Source: Lama guanicoe
Lineage: Eukaryota
Direction of reading: 5' to 3'
Length of the DNA stretch: 64,000 bases
Assembly (NCBI GenBank): GCA_013239625.1
Contig: MU053934.1
Span: 3,242,399 to 3,306,398 of the forward strand
The notes under the pieces: model-generated
Databases searched by the model: none
Told to the model about the DNA's origin: nothing
The model's input: only the letters and a program-made list of their open reading frames with translations
Part shown: positions 51,888 through 64,000 of the stretch, in pieces
Layout of the letters: every line of letters starts with the position of its first letter
How positions within the stretch are numbered: the stretch's first letter is position 1
Program-made: the position numbers and the translations under genes

Positions 51888-52542
51888 TATATCCGGAGGG
51901 AACTCTAATTCAAAAAGATACATGCACCCCAATGTTCATACCAGCAATATTTACAATAGCCAAGACATGGAAGCAACCTAAATGTCTATTGACAGATGAC
52001 TGGATAAAGAAGTCATGTATATATGAATGTATGTATGTGTGTGTATATATATACACACACATACATACATATACCTATACATACATACAATGGAATACTA
52101 CTCAGCCATAAAAAAGAATAACATAATGCCATTTGCAGCAACATGGATGGACCTGGAGATTGTCATTCTAAGTGAAGTAAATCAGAAAGAGAAAGAAAAA
52201 AACCATATGCCATCACTCATATGTGGAATCTAAAAAAAAACACACACACAAATGAACTTATTTATAAAACAGAAACAGACTCACAGACATAGAAAACGAA
52301 CTTATAGTTACCAGGGGGAAAAGGGGATGGGATGGGATAAATGGGGAGTTTGAGATTTTTATATATAAATTAGATAAACAAGTTTATTCTGTATAGCACA
52401 GGGAGTTATATTCAATATTTTGTAGTAACGTATAATGAAAAAGATTATGAAAAGGAATATATGTATGTATATGTGTGACTGAAACACTGTGCTGTACACC
52501 AGAAATTGACACAACATTGTAAACTGACTATACTTCAATAAA
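51888..52542 (+). mobile_element. Young 5'-truncated L1 (ORF2 end plus 3' UTR, camelid-like) with 12-bp TSD
   Basis: ORF2 C-terminal motifs (KDTCTPMFI, IAKTWKQPKC, MEYYSAIKKN, FAATWMDLE); tail cttcaataaaaa; TSD AAGAGATGCTCC at 51876-51887 and 52543-52554. Confidence 0.92.
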
Positions 52543-52676
52543 AAGAGATGCTCCAACTACACTTCACTAAAAAATAAAATTTTGAAAAATAAAATAAATT
52601 AATTTTTTTTTAATTTTTAAAATCCTAGTGTCACTTACAAGAAAAAGAGAGAGAGAGAGAGAGAGAGAGATGTTCC

Positions 52677-52948
52677 AATCTAAAAAATACAGCAAATTAG
52701 TGAATATAAGAAAAAAGAAGCGGAGTCCTGGACATAGAGAACAAACCAGTAGCTACCAGCGGATGGGGGGAGACAACACAGGCGGGGGGCGCATGGGAAG
52801 TACAAACCATTAGGTGTAAGGCAGGCTCAAGGATGGATTGTACAACACGAGGAACAGAGCCAATATTTTGTAATAAATGTAGATGGAAAGTAACCTTTAA
52901 AAATTGTGTGAAATTAAAAATAAATTACTGCAAAAAATAATAAAATAA
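52677..52948 (+). mobile_element. Second L1 3' UTR fragment, different subfamily
   Basis: aatctaaaaaatac...gacatagagaacaaaccagtagctaccag...gtacaacacgaggaacagagccaatattttgtaataa plus A-rich tail. Confidence 0.8.
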
Positions 52949-53804
52949 AAGAGCTGTTCAGCTACCTGTCAGCCCAACAGGTGGGGAGGGGGATGCGGGC
53001 AGGACATCTGGAAGGAACAAGCCACAGAGACACGAAATGGCCAGGACAGCACGAAGCAACTGAGGCTCAGGAAGGCGACTCAGGAAGTCCTCCCAGCCCA
53101 GCTACGGGGCAAGGTGGCTGCGTGCCCTCAGTGCTTGCCCTGGATTTCCCTGGTGGTGTCTCTGCCTTCCTGGCCCACAGCCCAGACCTGAGATAAAAGA
53201 GCGACTTCTGCCCTTTCTCACTCAGCTCCTTCTGATTGCTCTGCCTGTGGTTTCTCTGAAACCTCCCCTCACATCTCCTGCTCCCCCGCCCACCTCACAC
53301 TTGGGGCCCACGGAACTCCAGTCTCCGCGGCTCTGTCATTTCACTCTCAGAACAAGCACTAGACAAACCTTGGCATTCAAACCTGGATTTCACTGGGTCT
53401 GGCCAGGCCAGTGACAGGACTCGTCCCCTGACTTCTGTCAGAAGCTGAGTTCCATCCCCTCCTCCCTGATGCCTTTCCCAGAGCAGAGCCCAAACTGAGC
53501 TCCGGCCGGCCGCAGACTCAGCTCCCAGCACCAGAGGAGGGGGCTTCCCAGGAGCACGGCCTGGGGTCGGGGAGGGCATCCAAAGCCAGGTGGGCTCGTT
53601 TGAAGCAGGAGGCCGAACAGGGTACATCGGAGCCAGGAGGGGAGCCAGGCAGGTGTCAGAGCCACAGCCACGCAGGCTGAAGTTCACAGCAGGCCCCAGA
53701 CTCCTTGGAGAAGATAGCATTACCCCCTCACCATTCGCAGGGTGGCTGCCTTGTGCCCGGTTATGCACAAATGCCATGGAATCCTCACAACCGCTTGGGA
53801 GGAA

Positions 53805-54240
53805 GTTATCAGTTAGGACTCATTGGTTGCAAGTGACAGAAACCCAACTCGAGCCCAGTTTGAACTGCCTTAAACTCGAAAGAGAGGATATTGGTTCTCA
53901 TGACAGGGCAGGGCAGGGAGGGTCCGCCTGAGGAAGACTGGGAAAGAGGAGGAAGCCATCTTGAATGCCATCAGCACTCTCTGTCTCTCTCTGGCTTGGT
54001 TCTTTCGGGCCACAGTCCCCATTGCCATGCAACCAGGAGCTCCCCAGACTTAAAGTCCCAGGCTTACAGCTTACAGAGATTTTCTTCCCATTCCAATCTG
54101 AACAATTCTAGGGAAGGACTCTGATTGGCCCAATGTGTGTCATATGCTCAACCCTTGGGCCAATCACTGTGGCCAGAGTGATGAGGGCAGATTGATGAAT
54201 GGCCCAGGCTGGGTCAGGTACCCCCACCCTTGTAGCCAGA
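53805..54240. mobile_element. MaLR LTR (MLT1K/L-like)
   Basis: agttaggactcattggttgcaagtgacagaaacccaactc...ctctgattggccc...gccaatcactgtggccag. Confidence 0.75.
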
Positions 54241-54309
54241 GGAGGGCCTGTCAGCAGCAGAATGGGGGAGGGTCCCTGGGGGGACAGAAGCAGTAGCAGT
54301 GATGCAGTT

Positions 54310-54840
54310 TGTTGCTTTTTTTAAAAATAAACATCTTATTTTGGAATAATTTTAGATTTATAGGAAACAATGCAAATATACCACGAGAATTGCTGTATAT
54401 CCTTCACTCACCTTCCCCAGATGTGAACATCTCACATAACCACACTGTATTTGTCAAAATTAAGAAATTAGCACTGGCATGTTACAATTCACTGAATTCC
54501 AGATTTCATTCAAGTTCACCCATTCTTCACCAATGTTTTTTTTCTCTTCCAGGACCCCATCCAGCATCCCACGTTGCATTTAATTGTGTTTCTCTTTAGT
54601 CTCCTCTGGTCTGTGACGGTATCTCATTCTTTCTTTGCTTTTCTTGACCTTGACAGTTTTAAAGGGTACTGATCAGGTATTTGGGAGCATGTCCCTCAAT
54701 CAGGGTGTGTCTGAAGTTTTCTCATGACTGGTCTGGGTCACAGGGTGGGGAGAAGAGCACAGAGGTGTGGTGTCCTTGTCACAGCTGCATATCAGGAGGT
54801 ACATGACTGGCGAAGTTGATCACTTGGTTAATGTGGGTTC
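54310..54840 (-). mobile_element. Old L1M (L1MC-like) 3' fragment
   Basis: ttttggaataattttagattta...ccaggaccccatccagcatcccacgttgcatttaattg...cttgaccttgacagttttaaag. Confidence 0.8.
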
Positions 54841-55509
54841 TACCTGGACTTAACAGATTGGGAAAGTGAGGCTTGGAGAGGCTAAGCTGTCTGTGCTAGA
54901 CTGAGCGGGGGAGGAATGTGAACCAGGCTCAATCCCCTTTATCATTCTTTGGAGCTTTAGCCCTGCTCTTGGAACAGGAAGGTGAGAAAGGCTGCACCAT
55001 GGACTCTACACGAGGCTTGCAGCAAGGGGACTGAGCCCGAGGCACCTTCTTGGGGGAACAAGGCCCTGTCAGGGTTGGTCTGGGAGCCCGGAAGCCACAG
55101 TAGACTGTAGCCAGGAGGGGCAGAGAAAGGAGACAGGCTGGCACAGGCTCAGCCAGGTAGGAAGAATGAAGGAGGGATGAAGGAAGGAGAGAATGGCAAG
55201 CATGACTGAGCCAGAGCAATCCAGGAAGTCTCCCCGGAAGAGAAGGCTGTGATTGTAGGAATAATCAGGAGAGCGGCTCAGGTGTGGAGTCTGTCCCAGG
55301 AGACAGGAGAGCAAAGTGTTTACGACCACAAGCCTTAGAGTCCGACAAGACTGGGTTCAGTTCCTTGCTCTACCTCTTCCTGACTAGGTGGTCTTGGGCA
55401 AGTGACTGCTTTGCAGGCTGATTCAGGGCTTCCTAGCCCCCAGGCTTTGCCTGTCCTGCTGCCCCTGCTGACATACGCATTCCTGAGCTAGCTCTCAGAC
55501 CTCCCCAGC

Positions 55510-55685
55510 TGGGACTAGCTCTGTAATTTGTGAGACCCAATGCAAAATGAAAATGTGGGACCCCTCGTTCAAACATTATTGAGAATTTCAAGACAGTGAT
55601 GAAGAGCATTAAACGAAGCATGGGGTCCTTCAAGGCAGGGGCCCTGGGTGACTGCACAGGTTACATGCCCATGAAGCTGACCCGA
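55510..55685. mobile_element. hAT-Tip100 MITE (MER45A/MER91-like)
   Basis: tgcaaaatgaaaatgtgggacccctcgttcaaa...gactgcacaggttacatgcccatgaagctg. Confidence 0.75.
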
Positions 55686-56349
55686 TCCCCAGCCCTCAGT
55701 GACGACGCTGACTCTGAAATCTGACCCTGCCTTATTTTCTCTACGATTCTTCAGCCATTTAATCACAAGCCGCCTACTGACGCTGCTGGGGGCCACTGTA
55801 TCGAGCGGTTGCATTCCTCCCTCGTGGCTTTTTCCCGTCTTGCCCTGGGTGGAAGGTTGGATGAGAGGAACTCCAAGGTGCTTCCAACTGTTAAATCTGA
55901 TGTCCTTTAATTTTATGGTTCTAATATTTTTTGCCCGGAAGCTTCACAGCTCCAGTGCCTAAGATACTACGAGCCGAGGGGTCTAAGCTTCCTTTGTATG
56001 GTCTCACAGAAAGCTTAGACCTGACCTCCCCAGGCAGTTCGGAGTTTTTAGATGAAAGAAGAAAGGTTGGAAGAATTTCATTCACTTACATTTTGCAAAT
56101 TTGAAATGTGACATTAATTGTGATTTTTGCAGGTGCTGTAGCCTGGCTGGCACAGTTTTATATTTTGTGCATTCCTGCTGGTTTGCTAACTTTGCTTCAC
56201 ACACCCTCCCCCAATCCCTTATTGTCAAGGGGCAGAATATTAGAATCAGACTGCTTGCACGTATCTCTTATCTCTGCCATAAAAATGTGTGCCAGTTGCT
56301 TAATCTCTCTGGGGCTCAATTACTTTATCTGAAAAATTAGTGAGTTCTA

Positions 56350-56910
56350 TGTCTTCTGGTTACTGTTACTACTTGAAAATTCTAGTGGTGCAAAAAAAAA
56401 AAAAACCCATACACAACCATTTTATTCTGCTCACGATCCCTCTTTTGCGGGCCAGGAATTTCCGGAAGGGCTCAGCTGGGCAGTTCTCACTCAGGGTTCT
56501 CGAGCAGGTGCAGTCAGATGCGGGCTGTAACTGATGTCATCGGCTGCATCATCTGGGCTGCACTGGATGCCCAAGATGGCTCACTCACACACCTGGCATC
56601 TGGTGCCCACCGTAGTTTGGCAGCTCTGCAGGAGCTGGTGCCTGAAGTGCCTACAGCCAGCATAGCAGAATCCAGGCAGTTGAGCTTTTCACATGGTGGC
56701 TGGCTCCCTCCAGAAAGTCCCAGAACAACCAGGCAGAAACTACATCATGCTTTTGTACCTGAAATCTCATAACATCACTTCCACTGCTTTCTGTTGGTGA
56801 CAAGCAAATCACTAAATCCCACCCAGATTAAAAGGGAAGGGATGTAAATTCCACATCTTCATAGAAGGAATGTCAAAAAAAAAATGGGAGCATGTTTTTT
56901 AACTGCCACA
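56350..56910 (-). mobile_element. MaLR LTR (MLT1-like) inserted in a MIR
   Basis: ccaggaatttccggaagggctcagctgggcagttctc...ccaagatggctcactcac...cccacccagattaaaagggaagg; MIR halves at about 56230-56340 and 56915-56975. Confidence 0.75.
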
Positions 56911-57799
56911 GTATATATAAAGCACTTAGAACAGTGCCTGGCACATCGTAAGCCTCGGACATGTTTGCTATTGTATTATAGCCCCAAATAACAAAATGGA
57001 TTGAGAATGCAAAACGGTTTGTTGCAACATTAAAGTAGGGATGAAAATATTAATAAAAATTCTATAATCCCGAATAAGGCATAACCATAAGTAGTGAGTA
57101 GGATTTTGATATGTCTGTGGAATGCGCTAGTTTGGAGAGGTAAGATTTTGCACCAGAAAAGAAGAACAGTAAAAATAGAAAGTACAACCCTACCAACCTG
57201 AAAGGGGGTCTGTGTCACACCTGTAACCAGGGCGGGGTCTCTCCCGCCAGGTTGTCCAGTGGTGGGTAGGAGCCTTTGAAGTTTTCACATCTGTTTCCCC
57301 AGAAAACAATCAAGGCATCACTCTGGGAAGCCACTGGAGTGTTTCTAGAGCAAGCACAAAATAAAGCTTTCAGTACAAAATTGATGACTTCCGTCACTAA
57401 TGTCAGAGCAGAGACCAAAAGCACAGAGGCGTTATTTAAGGTGGCTGGCCTCATAGAAGAGCCGGGTACAAACCATTTTATTACCAGGACCCGTATAAAG
57501 CCAGCTGCACAGCGAGTAACAAGTTGGAGCAAACAGGTTAAGCTATTGGCAAATTATTTTATCTTTTATCAAATAACACTATTGGAGTTGGGGGCGGGGG
57601 TCTGTGAAGTTAACAGCCGACGATATGGGAGATTGACAATGATCACACATGCATAGTGGCTGATACCTCCCTTTCTTTACAGATGCATAAAGCCGCTGCA
57701 GGGCAGGGCGTGGCAGACCTTGGCACGAGTACCAGAGGCATGGCAGGCAAGCCCCTCTCTTTCTCTTAGCTGAACCCTGGCTGCATTTGATGGGGCAGT

Positions 57800-58060
57800 G
57801 TGCCCTGCTGTCAGCCAATCTTGAGAATTCTGTTCCTGATTTTCCAGCCTCCCTTGCAGCTAGGGTAGCCACGTGACTCAGTTCTGACCAATGAGATCTA
57901 AGCAGAAAGCAGCTGGTGGGGTTCTAAAAAAGCTTTTTCTTTTCTTTTAAGTCAGGCACAAATGGTGGGGCCCCACCTTTCTTCCACCCTCCTCCTGCCT
58001 GGAATTCTGGCATGATGCTGGAGCCAACTGTGGCAGCCATCTTGTGCCTCCTCTGGGCTC
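57800..58060. mobile_element. ERVL/MaLR-type LTR fragment
   Basis: ttccagcctcccttgcagctagggtagccacgtgactcagttctgaccaatgaga...ggcagccatcttg. Confidence 0.7.
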
Positions 58061-58229
58061 CTCATCGTGCAAGAAAAACAGCTGCTCAGCAGCAGATGCA
58101 AACCTCCTCCTCTGTCCCCAGCCTTCCAGTCTCTCCTCCAGTTCTTCACCCGAGCCATCAATGACCTCATTTCCTGTTTCATTGAGTAATCAAAAGAGAC
58201 TCCAGCAAGGCCAACATCCCTCCTTTTAA

Positions 58230-58730
58230 GACCATGTTTCCACGGCACTCTAGACCCAACCCCTGTCGTCTCCTCAAGGACACACCTCCAGCATTTCCCT
58301 CTTTCTCCTTCATCTCCATTTCATTTTTCCCCTTCTGAGATCATTCCCATTGCCACATACGTACTGTATTTCTCCCTCTTAAAAAAATCTTGACTTCACA
58401 TCCCCAATTCTCCCCTTTCTTTTACAGAAAGAAAAAACACCAAAAGAGCTGTCTTTATTCACTCACTCTAACTCCTCTCCAGGAGGCCCCTGTGGCCAGC
58501 CTTTGCCCCTCCTCTCCACTCCTTGTCAAGGTCACCAGGCTCTCACCTCACCTCTGACTTGTCCAGTCAGCCACCTCAGACACAGCTGACCACTGCATCC
58601 CTGAAAACTTCTCCTCTTGCTCTCCTCCATGTGAGTGTGAGCTCCATGAGAAACAGAATGTTCGTTGCCTTGGTCCTGCTCTATCCTCACCACCACGGGG
58701 AGAGGAGGGTCAAGGCTATTCACTGAATTA
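58230..58730 (+). mobile_element. L2 LINE fragment
   Basis: ctcctcaaggacac...cttgtcaaggtcaccagg...gacacagctgaccact and tail gtgagctccatgagaaacaga. Confidence 0.65.
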
Positions 58731-58739
58731 TTGAAGAGG

Positions 58740-59220
58740 CTGCTAGCTGTCCCCCAATATCCACTCTTGCCTTCCTCTACAGTACTAATGGAAGTTTTGT
58801 TGGAATATGAACATAGCTGCCCAGATAAAGACTACATTTCCCAGTTTACCACACAGATTAAGTGTGGCCCTATGACTGGATTCTGGCCCAGGAAATGAGA
58901 CCAGAGATGAGTTGTGCAATTTCCTATTCATGCCATCAAAGGGAAAGATGCATATGTCTCCTTTGTTTTCCTGTACTTCCCAGAGGCTGGAATGTGGATG
59001 CAGTGGCAGGAGCCAGAGCAACCATCTTAACCACTTGAGGTTGATATGAAGCCACTTGAGACTGAGGAAGGCAAATAATAAAATAAAAAGCTGTAGCCTA
59101 TCAGCACTGGTCACGTTATGCTCAGACCATTCTACAAGAGAAAAGTAAATTTCCATCTTATTTAGATCACTGTGATTTAGACCTTTGTTATAGCAGACTG
59201 ACGTATATTCTCAGGAATGC
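58740..59220. mobile_element. ERVL-type LTR (LTR16/LTR33-like)
   Basis: tgctagctgtcccccaatatcc...actacatttcccag...gtgtggccctatgactggattctggccc...tttgttatagcag. Confidence 0.65.
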
Positions 59221-60539
59221 ACCTTTATTTATTAATGTTCTTGTAGTTGGATATTTTCCATCACCTGCAGCCTGACTTGTACATGCACGAGGGAAATGTG
59301 CTCCACGATTTCTTTGGCTTCTGTTCATCACTCAACATTGACACTGCAGGAAAGAACCTTTTTGGTTAAGTTAATGGTAACTGTGAGCTGAGATGTGGAC
59401 TGGAAAGGGACACTGGGCTCAGGACTGACTCTCGGCCACCTGTGGGCTGCAAAGAAGGGCATAGCTGTGTGCATGGAGGCACTTGTTCAGGAAGGCCAGC
59501 ACTCAGCGCTTGGTCACAGAGAGCAGCTAGCAGCCAACATTGTGCCTCCTGATCGTCATTCAAGGAGAAACGGAGAAAATAAGGAAGTACAATCAAACCA
59601 AAGTCACTGAGTGGATGTCTTTTCCACAGCTGTCGAATGAGATGGGCTGAGCAAAAACCTGCTTTTCCAACCTGGGCAACTTTCGCTGTTGCATAAAGGT
59701 GCCCATCAAGTTTTTCGAAATGAGAAACAAGATTGAGAGTCTTTCTCTATAACACAATGATGCCAGTGAACACCATGCCTTTGATTTTTTTAAAAAATAT
59801 GACTTGGCTAGACAGTTGGCACCTTGAATAATCTCTGTCATCCAGGGGACCACGTGACAATTTTCACCTTTGATAACAAGATAGCTGGGTTTTGTTAAGA
59901 CCAAATGTGAGGCACATTTCTTGATCCCCAAGAGCCGGATGCTGTCCCAGTGTCCCAGCACTTGACAATTTTCTCCACTTGCTCAGGGGGAGAAATCAAT
60001 GACACAGCCACAAGGACATTAAAAGCCACATCCAAGAGCTGCTGCTGAACAAGGAGGAATCCTCTCCAGTGTGAAATGCAACCAAAGCAGGGGCCGGGCT
60101 GTGGTCCCCACGCTTTCTGGCTCTCAAGGGTGGTGCCTTCTCTTCTTTCTGATGGGCGCTAGAAAGAGGCTTCCATGAGAAATCGCTTCTTCATCACCTC
60201 AGCGCCGTGTCTAATCCTCAAAGCCCAGAACCGCCTAATCGCTACCAGGCACTTGTCCCCACATCCCTGACAACCTGTGGCTGACTAGTGGGTGGTCAGG
60301 TTTGGTGAAATCAAGAGAGAAAGAGAAGCAGCTGCCTGGCTGGGACCCCTGGGCTGCTGGTTAAGCTGACTCTTCACAGGGCCAGATGGGAGGCCTTGTC
60401 CTTCCAGCAAGGATGGCTGAGGGCCTGTTATGTGCCAGGAACACAAGGGCCTGGAGGACCAATGTGAACATAAAATAAAAATAAAAATAAACATGACAGG
60501 AGGACTACAAACAAAATCATCTCTCTCAATGAAACAAAG

Positions 60540-61200
60540 CCTTTTATCTTATTGTGGTAAATACATGTAATAAAATTTACCATTTTTAAAGGTACAATTC
60601 CATGGCATTAAGTACAGTCATACTGTTGTGCAGCCATCACCACCATCATCTCCAGAACATTTTCATCTTCCCAAATTGACATTCTGCCCCATTAAACACT
60701 AACTCCCCTGCCCCTTCCCCCAGCCTCTGACCACCTCTCTCTGTCTTTATGAATTTGACTCTTCTAGGTACCTCCTGTAAGTGGACTCCTATACTGCCAA
60801 GAGTATATAGTAGGGAAAATCAAATTTGATTGGAATCAAATCTGGAAGTTTGATTGAAAAAAATATGAAAATCAAATTTGTCCTTTTGTTTCTGGTTTCC
60901 TTCACTTAGCATAATGTCTTCCAGGTTCATCCATGTGGTGGCATGTATCAGAATTTTATTCCTTTTTAAGGCAAAATAATATTTCATTGGATGTATGCAT
61001 TTTTTTAATACGTTTTGTATTTTGTTTACCCATTCATCTTCAGATGAGCATTTGGGTTTCCGCCTTTTGGCTATTGTGAATCACACCGCTATGAACATTG
61101 GAGTCCAAGCTGTTTGAGTCTCTGCTTTCTCAGAGTATGTACTTTCAAACTCCTTTGGGTACATACCTGGGAGTGGAATTGCTGGATCATATGGTTATTC
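60540..61200 (-). mobile_element. Old L1M (L1MA/MB-like) 3' fragment
   Basis: ggcattaagtacagtcatactgttgtgcagccatcacc...cttagcataatgtcttccaggttcatccatgtgg...gagtggaattgctggatcatatgg. Confidence 0.88.
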
Positions 61201-63569
61201 TGCTTTGACCATGTCTGACCAGCCTGCTACACATCTCCCCGCACAATAATAGTGACCAGTCATTAGGGGTCCCCAGGTGCCAGCGGCATTCTAAGCACTT
61301 TACATGAGTCAGTATTCAATCCTCACAACAACCCCCATTTCACAGGTGAGAAAGTAACTGCAGCTCAGAGAGGCTGAGTAGCTGCCCCAGGATCACACAG
61401 CTGGGAAGCAGACTAGCCCACACTCAGCTCCCCAGACTGCCTCTCGAAAGGCAAAAAGACTTCCCTGAAGACACTGGAGGTAACACCAGCAAGGGGTTGA
61501 CATCCCACAGTCCACAGGATCCGATATTGTCCAAAGACTCTCTTGGAGGCTAGGATGCCACCAAGGATTTCTCCCTCTAGCTCTCCTCAGGTGTCCCTGA
61601 GTCCTCCTCCTCCTGCCAGATTCCTACAGTGCTCCATCCCACCCCACCCCCCTGCTCTCTGCAGTGACAAATTTCTCCTCCTTCTGTAAAGCGGTGACTG
61701 ACACACCCAAGCCATCCCAGTGGCCTCCACAGAAAGCAAGCCCCTCCAGACAGCAGCTCCACCTCCCCGAGAGCAGGCAGGGTTGTGAGCGCAAACATTT
61801 TGTCCCCTTTGTCACAGAGAGTAATAGACTCTTGAAAAATCACATACTCAGAGGATCACAGCTGAATCTTATAATCTGAGACTCTCCATCAAAGAACCTT
61901 AGAACCATCGACTAATAGAATCTTGGAGTCAGTGACTCGAGAAGCCCAAAACACTACAATCTCTCCATCACAGACTGGATAGTGGTTGATGTCATGGAAG
62001 CAGCCCAGGTCAGCAGGCTGACACAGGGCAGGCCAGGAGAGCAAGGGGGTCAGGGGTCGGGGAAGCAAGGATGCCTGGAGGGTGCAGAGGACAGGGTAGG
62101 GGTGGAGGAGAGAGGCTCAGCCTGTTGACATGCTAGAGGAAGCAGTTGGCGGGTGAGCCCAGGCTCTGTTACTGATGGTTTTTAATTATGTAAATCAGCC
62201 CAGGGCCTGCGTCTGGCACAGGCTTGGCAGCTATCAGCTGGCAGCAGAATTAATCAATAAATAACCAGCTGGATGGGGCCTGGGCAGAAGCACCCAGCCA
62301 CACCCCCCTCCCCCTAGAAGGGTCCTCCAAAGCTGACAGGGGTGGAGGGATTACAGGAGAGCTGCAGCTCCCAGCTGTCAGCTGCACACACGTACACGCA
62401 CGTGCATACGCATGCACGCTCCACACGTGCAGCTGCGGCTTTGGGCGCGCTACGTATACACACAGGTGGACACATCTGCACACACAGACCCTCTGCTGCA
62501 GCAGCCTGCGTGTGCCCGGCACATGGAGAGCCCAGCACATGCCCAGGAACACAGCAGTGGGAGGCAAGTCCCTTGTTTGACCTCACACTTACTACCTCTT
62601 AGGCAAGACAGAGCTTTGCAAGCTCACAGCCACTGCATTTCACCTCCACAATCGCCCTGTGAGGCTGGCCGGCTGGGCTGAGGCCCCCATTTTACAGATG
62701 GGGAAACTGAGGCTAAGAGAAGGGATTTGCCCAGGGTTATATCCAGGAGTCTTTCCTCCCCATCCCACCCCCCATTCAAAGGTTCAAAGAGGCTGAAGAC
62801 TCAAGAGAACTGGGGAAGAGAAGTGGGGGATACTGGGGACCCCAAAGCCATGGGAGCAGTGTCCCCTCCGGCTGAGAGCAGGGCAGGCTGGGCAGCCCAG
62901 CAAGGGACAGGCCAGCGCGGGTCCAGGCAATGGAGCCCGGCGCTGTGGCCCTGTCCGCTCCCCTAGGGAGCTGTGATGAATTGCTTTCTCCTGCAGCTGG
63001 TGTGCTCACTCCCGCTCCCCGGTGCTGCCCCCATAAATCAGCCTCCTCATCTCAGCCTTGGCTGTTCTTTGATCACTTTCCAGCATCGGGGGCTGGGGTT
63101 TTTCACCATCCCGAGTGGGAGGAGGAGACTCGCAGGGAACATCGTAAAATTAATGGACATGTTTCCTCTTCCCTTCTCCCTTCTCTCTGCCTCCGGCTTT
63201 CTGCTGGCCTCGACTTCGCTCTGATCAGGCTCACTGGACATTGAATGAGGGAATGAACCAAGACGTGAATGAATTCCTGAGATGCGGGGCTGTGGGTCTC
63301 TGTCTGTGGGTCTGGCTTACTGTGTAGCTGAGGTCAGCTCTCAGCATTCACTTCCCTCAGCCTCAGCCGAGGGGCTCCCGGAAGCACTTGAGAGGCAGGA
63401 AGAGGAAGCAGGAAGGTACCCTCTTGGTCAGCGGGCCCTGGGGGAAGCTGGGAAAGGAACCTTAGAGCCGAGGCGCCCTTTTTGGAGCCACCACTCCGTG
63501 AAGCAGTGACAAAAGCTGCAGGCTTCTGGAAAGGTCTAGGATGCCCAGCACTGGGAATTCAAAACTGTA

Positions 63570-63800
63570 TAGAGCAGTGGTTGGTGGTTCAGCCTCTGGA
63601 GTCAGCCTCCTCAAGCTCAAGTCCAGATTCAGCCATTTAGCAGCTGTGTGACCCTGGGTAGGCTCCTTCACCTCTCTGTGCCTCAGTTCCCTTATGTGTA
63701 AAGTAGGTTGAGTTATAGTACCTACACCGTAAGTGAGTGGGTACATCCTCTTTAGAAGAGTCACTGGTGAGCACAGTTAAATGCTCTAAAAATTAGCACT
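63570..63800 (+). mobile_element. MIR SINE
   Basis: ctctggagtcagcc...gctgtgtgaccctggg...cctctctgtgcctcagttccc. Confidence 0.85.
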
Positions 63801-63814
63801 TGTACCATAATTCA

Positions 63815-64000
63815 AGGCATGGTGCACAGACATTCATGTGCATAAGAGTCCCTGGAGGGCTTTGAAAACCCAGATTGCTGTCCTCCTCATCCCCTAGAGT
63901 TTTGGCCTCAGTAGGTCTGGGGAGGGGCCTGAAGTCTTCATTTCTACCACTTTACCAGCTGATACTGGGACCACTGGTCCAAGGGCCACATTTTGAAAAC
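63815..64000. mobile_element. MER5A (hAT-Charlie MITE), running to the window end
   Basis: cccagattgctg...tcagtaggtctggggaggggcctga...tggtccaagggccacattttgaaaac. Confidence 0.8.

Larger units (their letters stand above)
57160..59900 (+). mobile_element. Fossil hAT-Charlie/Buster-family transposase, fragmented by later insertions
   Basis: Collinear decayed motifs: KNRKYN (about 57172); EALFKVAGLI..RIKPAA (57276 ORF); LSNNTI (about 57565); YMHEGNVLHDFFGFCSSL (59280); HREQLAA (about 59515); QLSNEMG; KFFEMRNKIE (about 59710); LNNL..VTIFTFDNKIAGF (about 59820-59890). Stops and frameshifts throughout. Confidence 0.85.

Noticed and set aside
57276..57656. 126-aa ORF as a functional ZBED-like gene
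   Set aside because: Non-ATG start, frameshifted motifs and a disrupted downstream half: a transposon fossil.

Overview
Mammalian GC-rich euchromatic DNA. It is probably camelid, judging from the young L1 3' ends and the absence of recognisable Alu, B1, Bov-tA, PRE1 or Can-SINE elements. There is no credible protein-coding exon: the ORF track is explained by GC content, CpG islands and repeats. The window holds the 5' end of a minus-strand gene: a CpG-island promoter with non-coding exon 1 (donor at 44597/44596), a second CpG island at about 37.8-38.4 kb with its own candidate donor, a non-coding exon 2 (35643-35815), and a >35 kb intron running off the left end. This layout matches my recollection of ELFN2, so the call is tentative and the coding exon would lie outside the window. 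The rest is dense in MIR, L2, L3, MaLR/ERVL LTRs and hAT elements. The most notable items are a fragmented Buster/Charlie transposase fossil (57-60 kb), three L1 3' ends stacked at one target site, a bipartite CTCF site, a CRE cluster, RFX X-boxes, AT-rich enhancer-like islands and two small hairpins. I found no convincing novel biological system.
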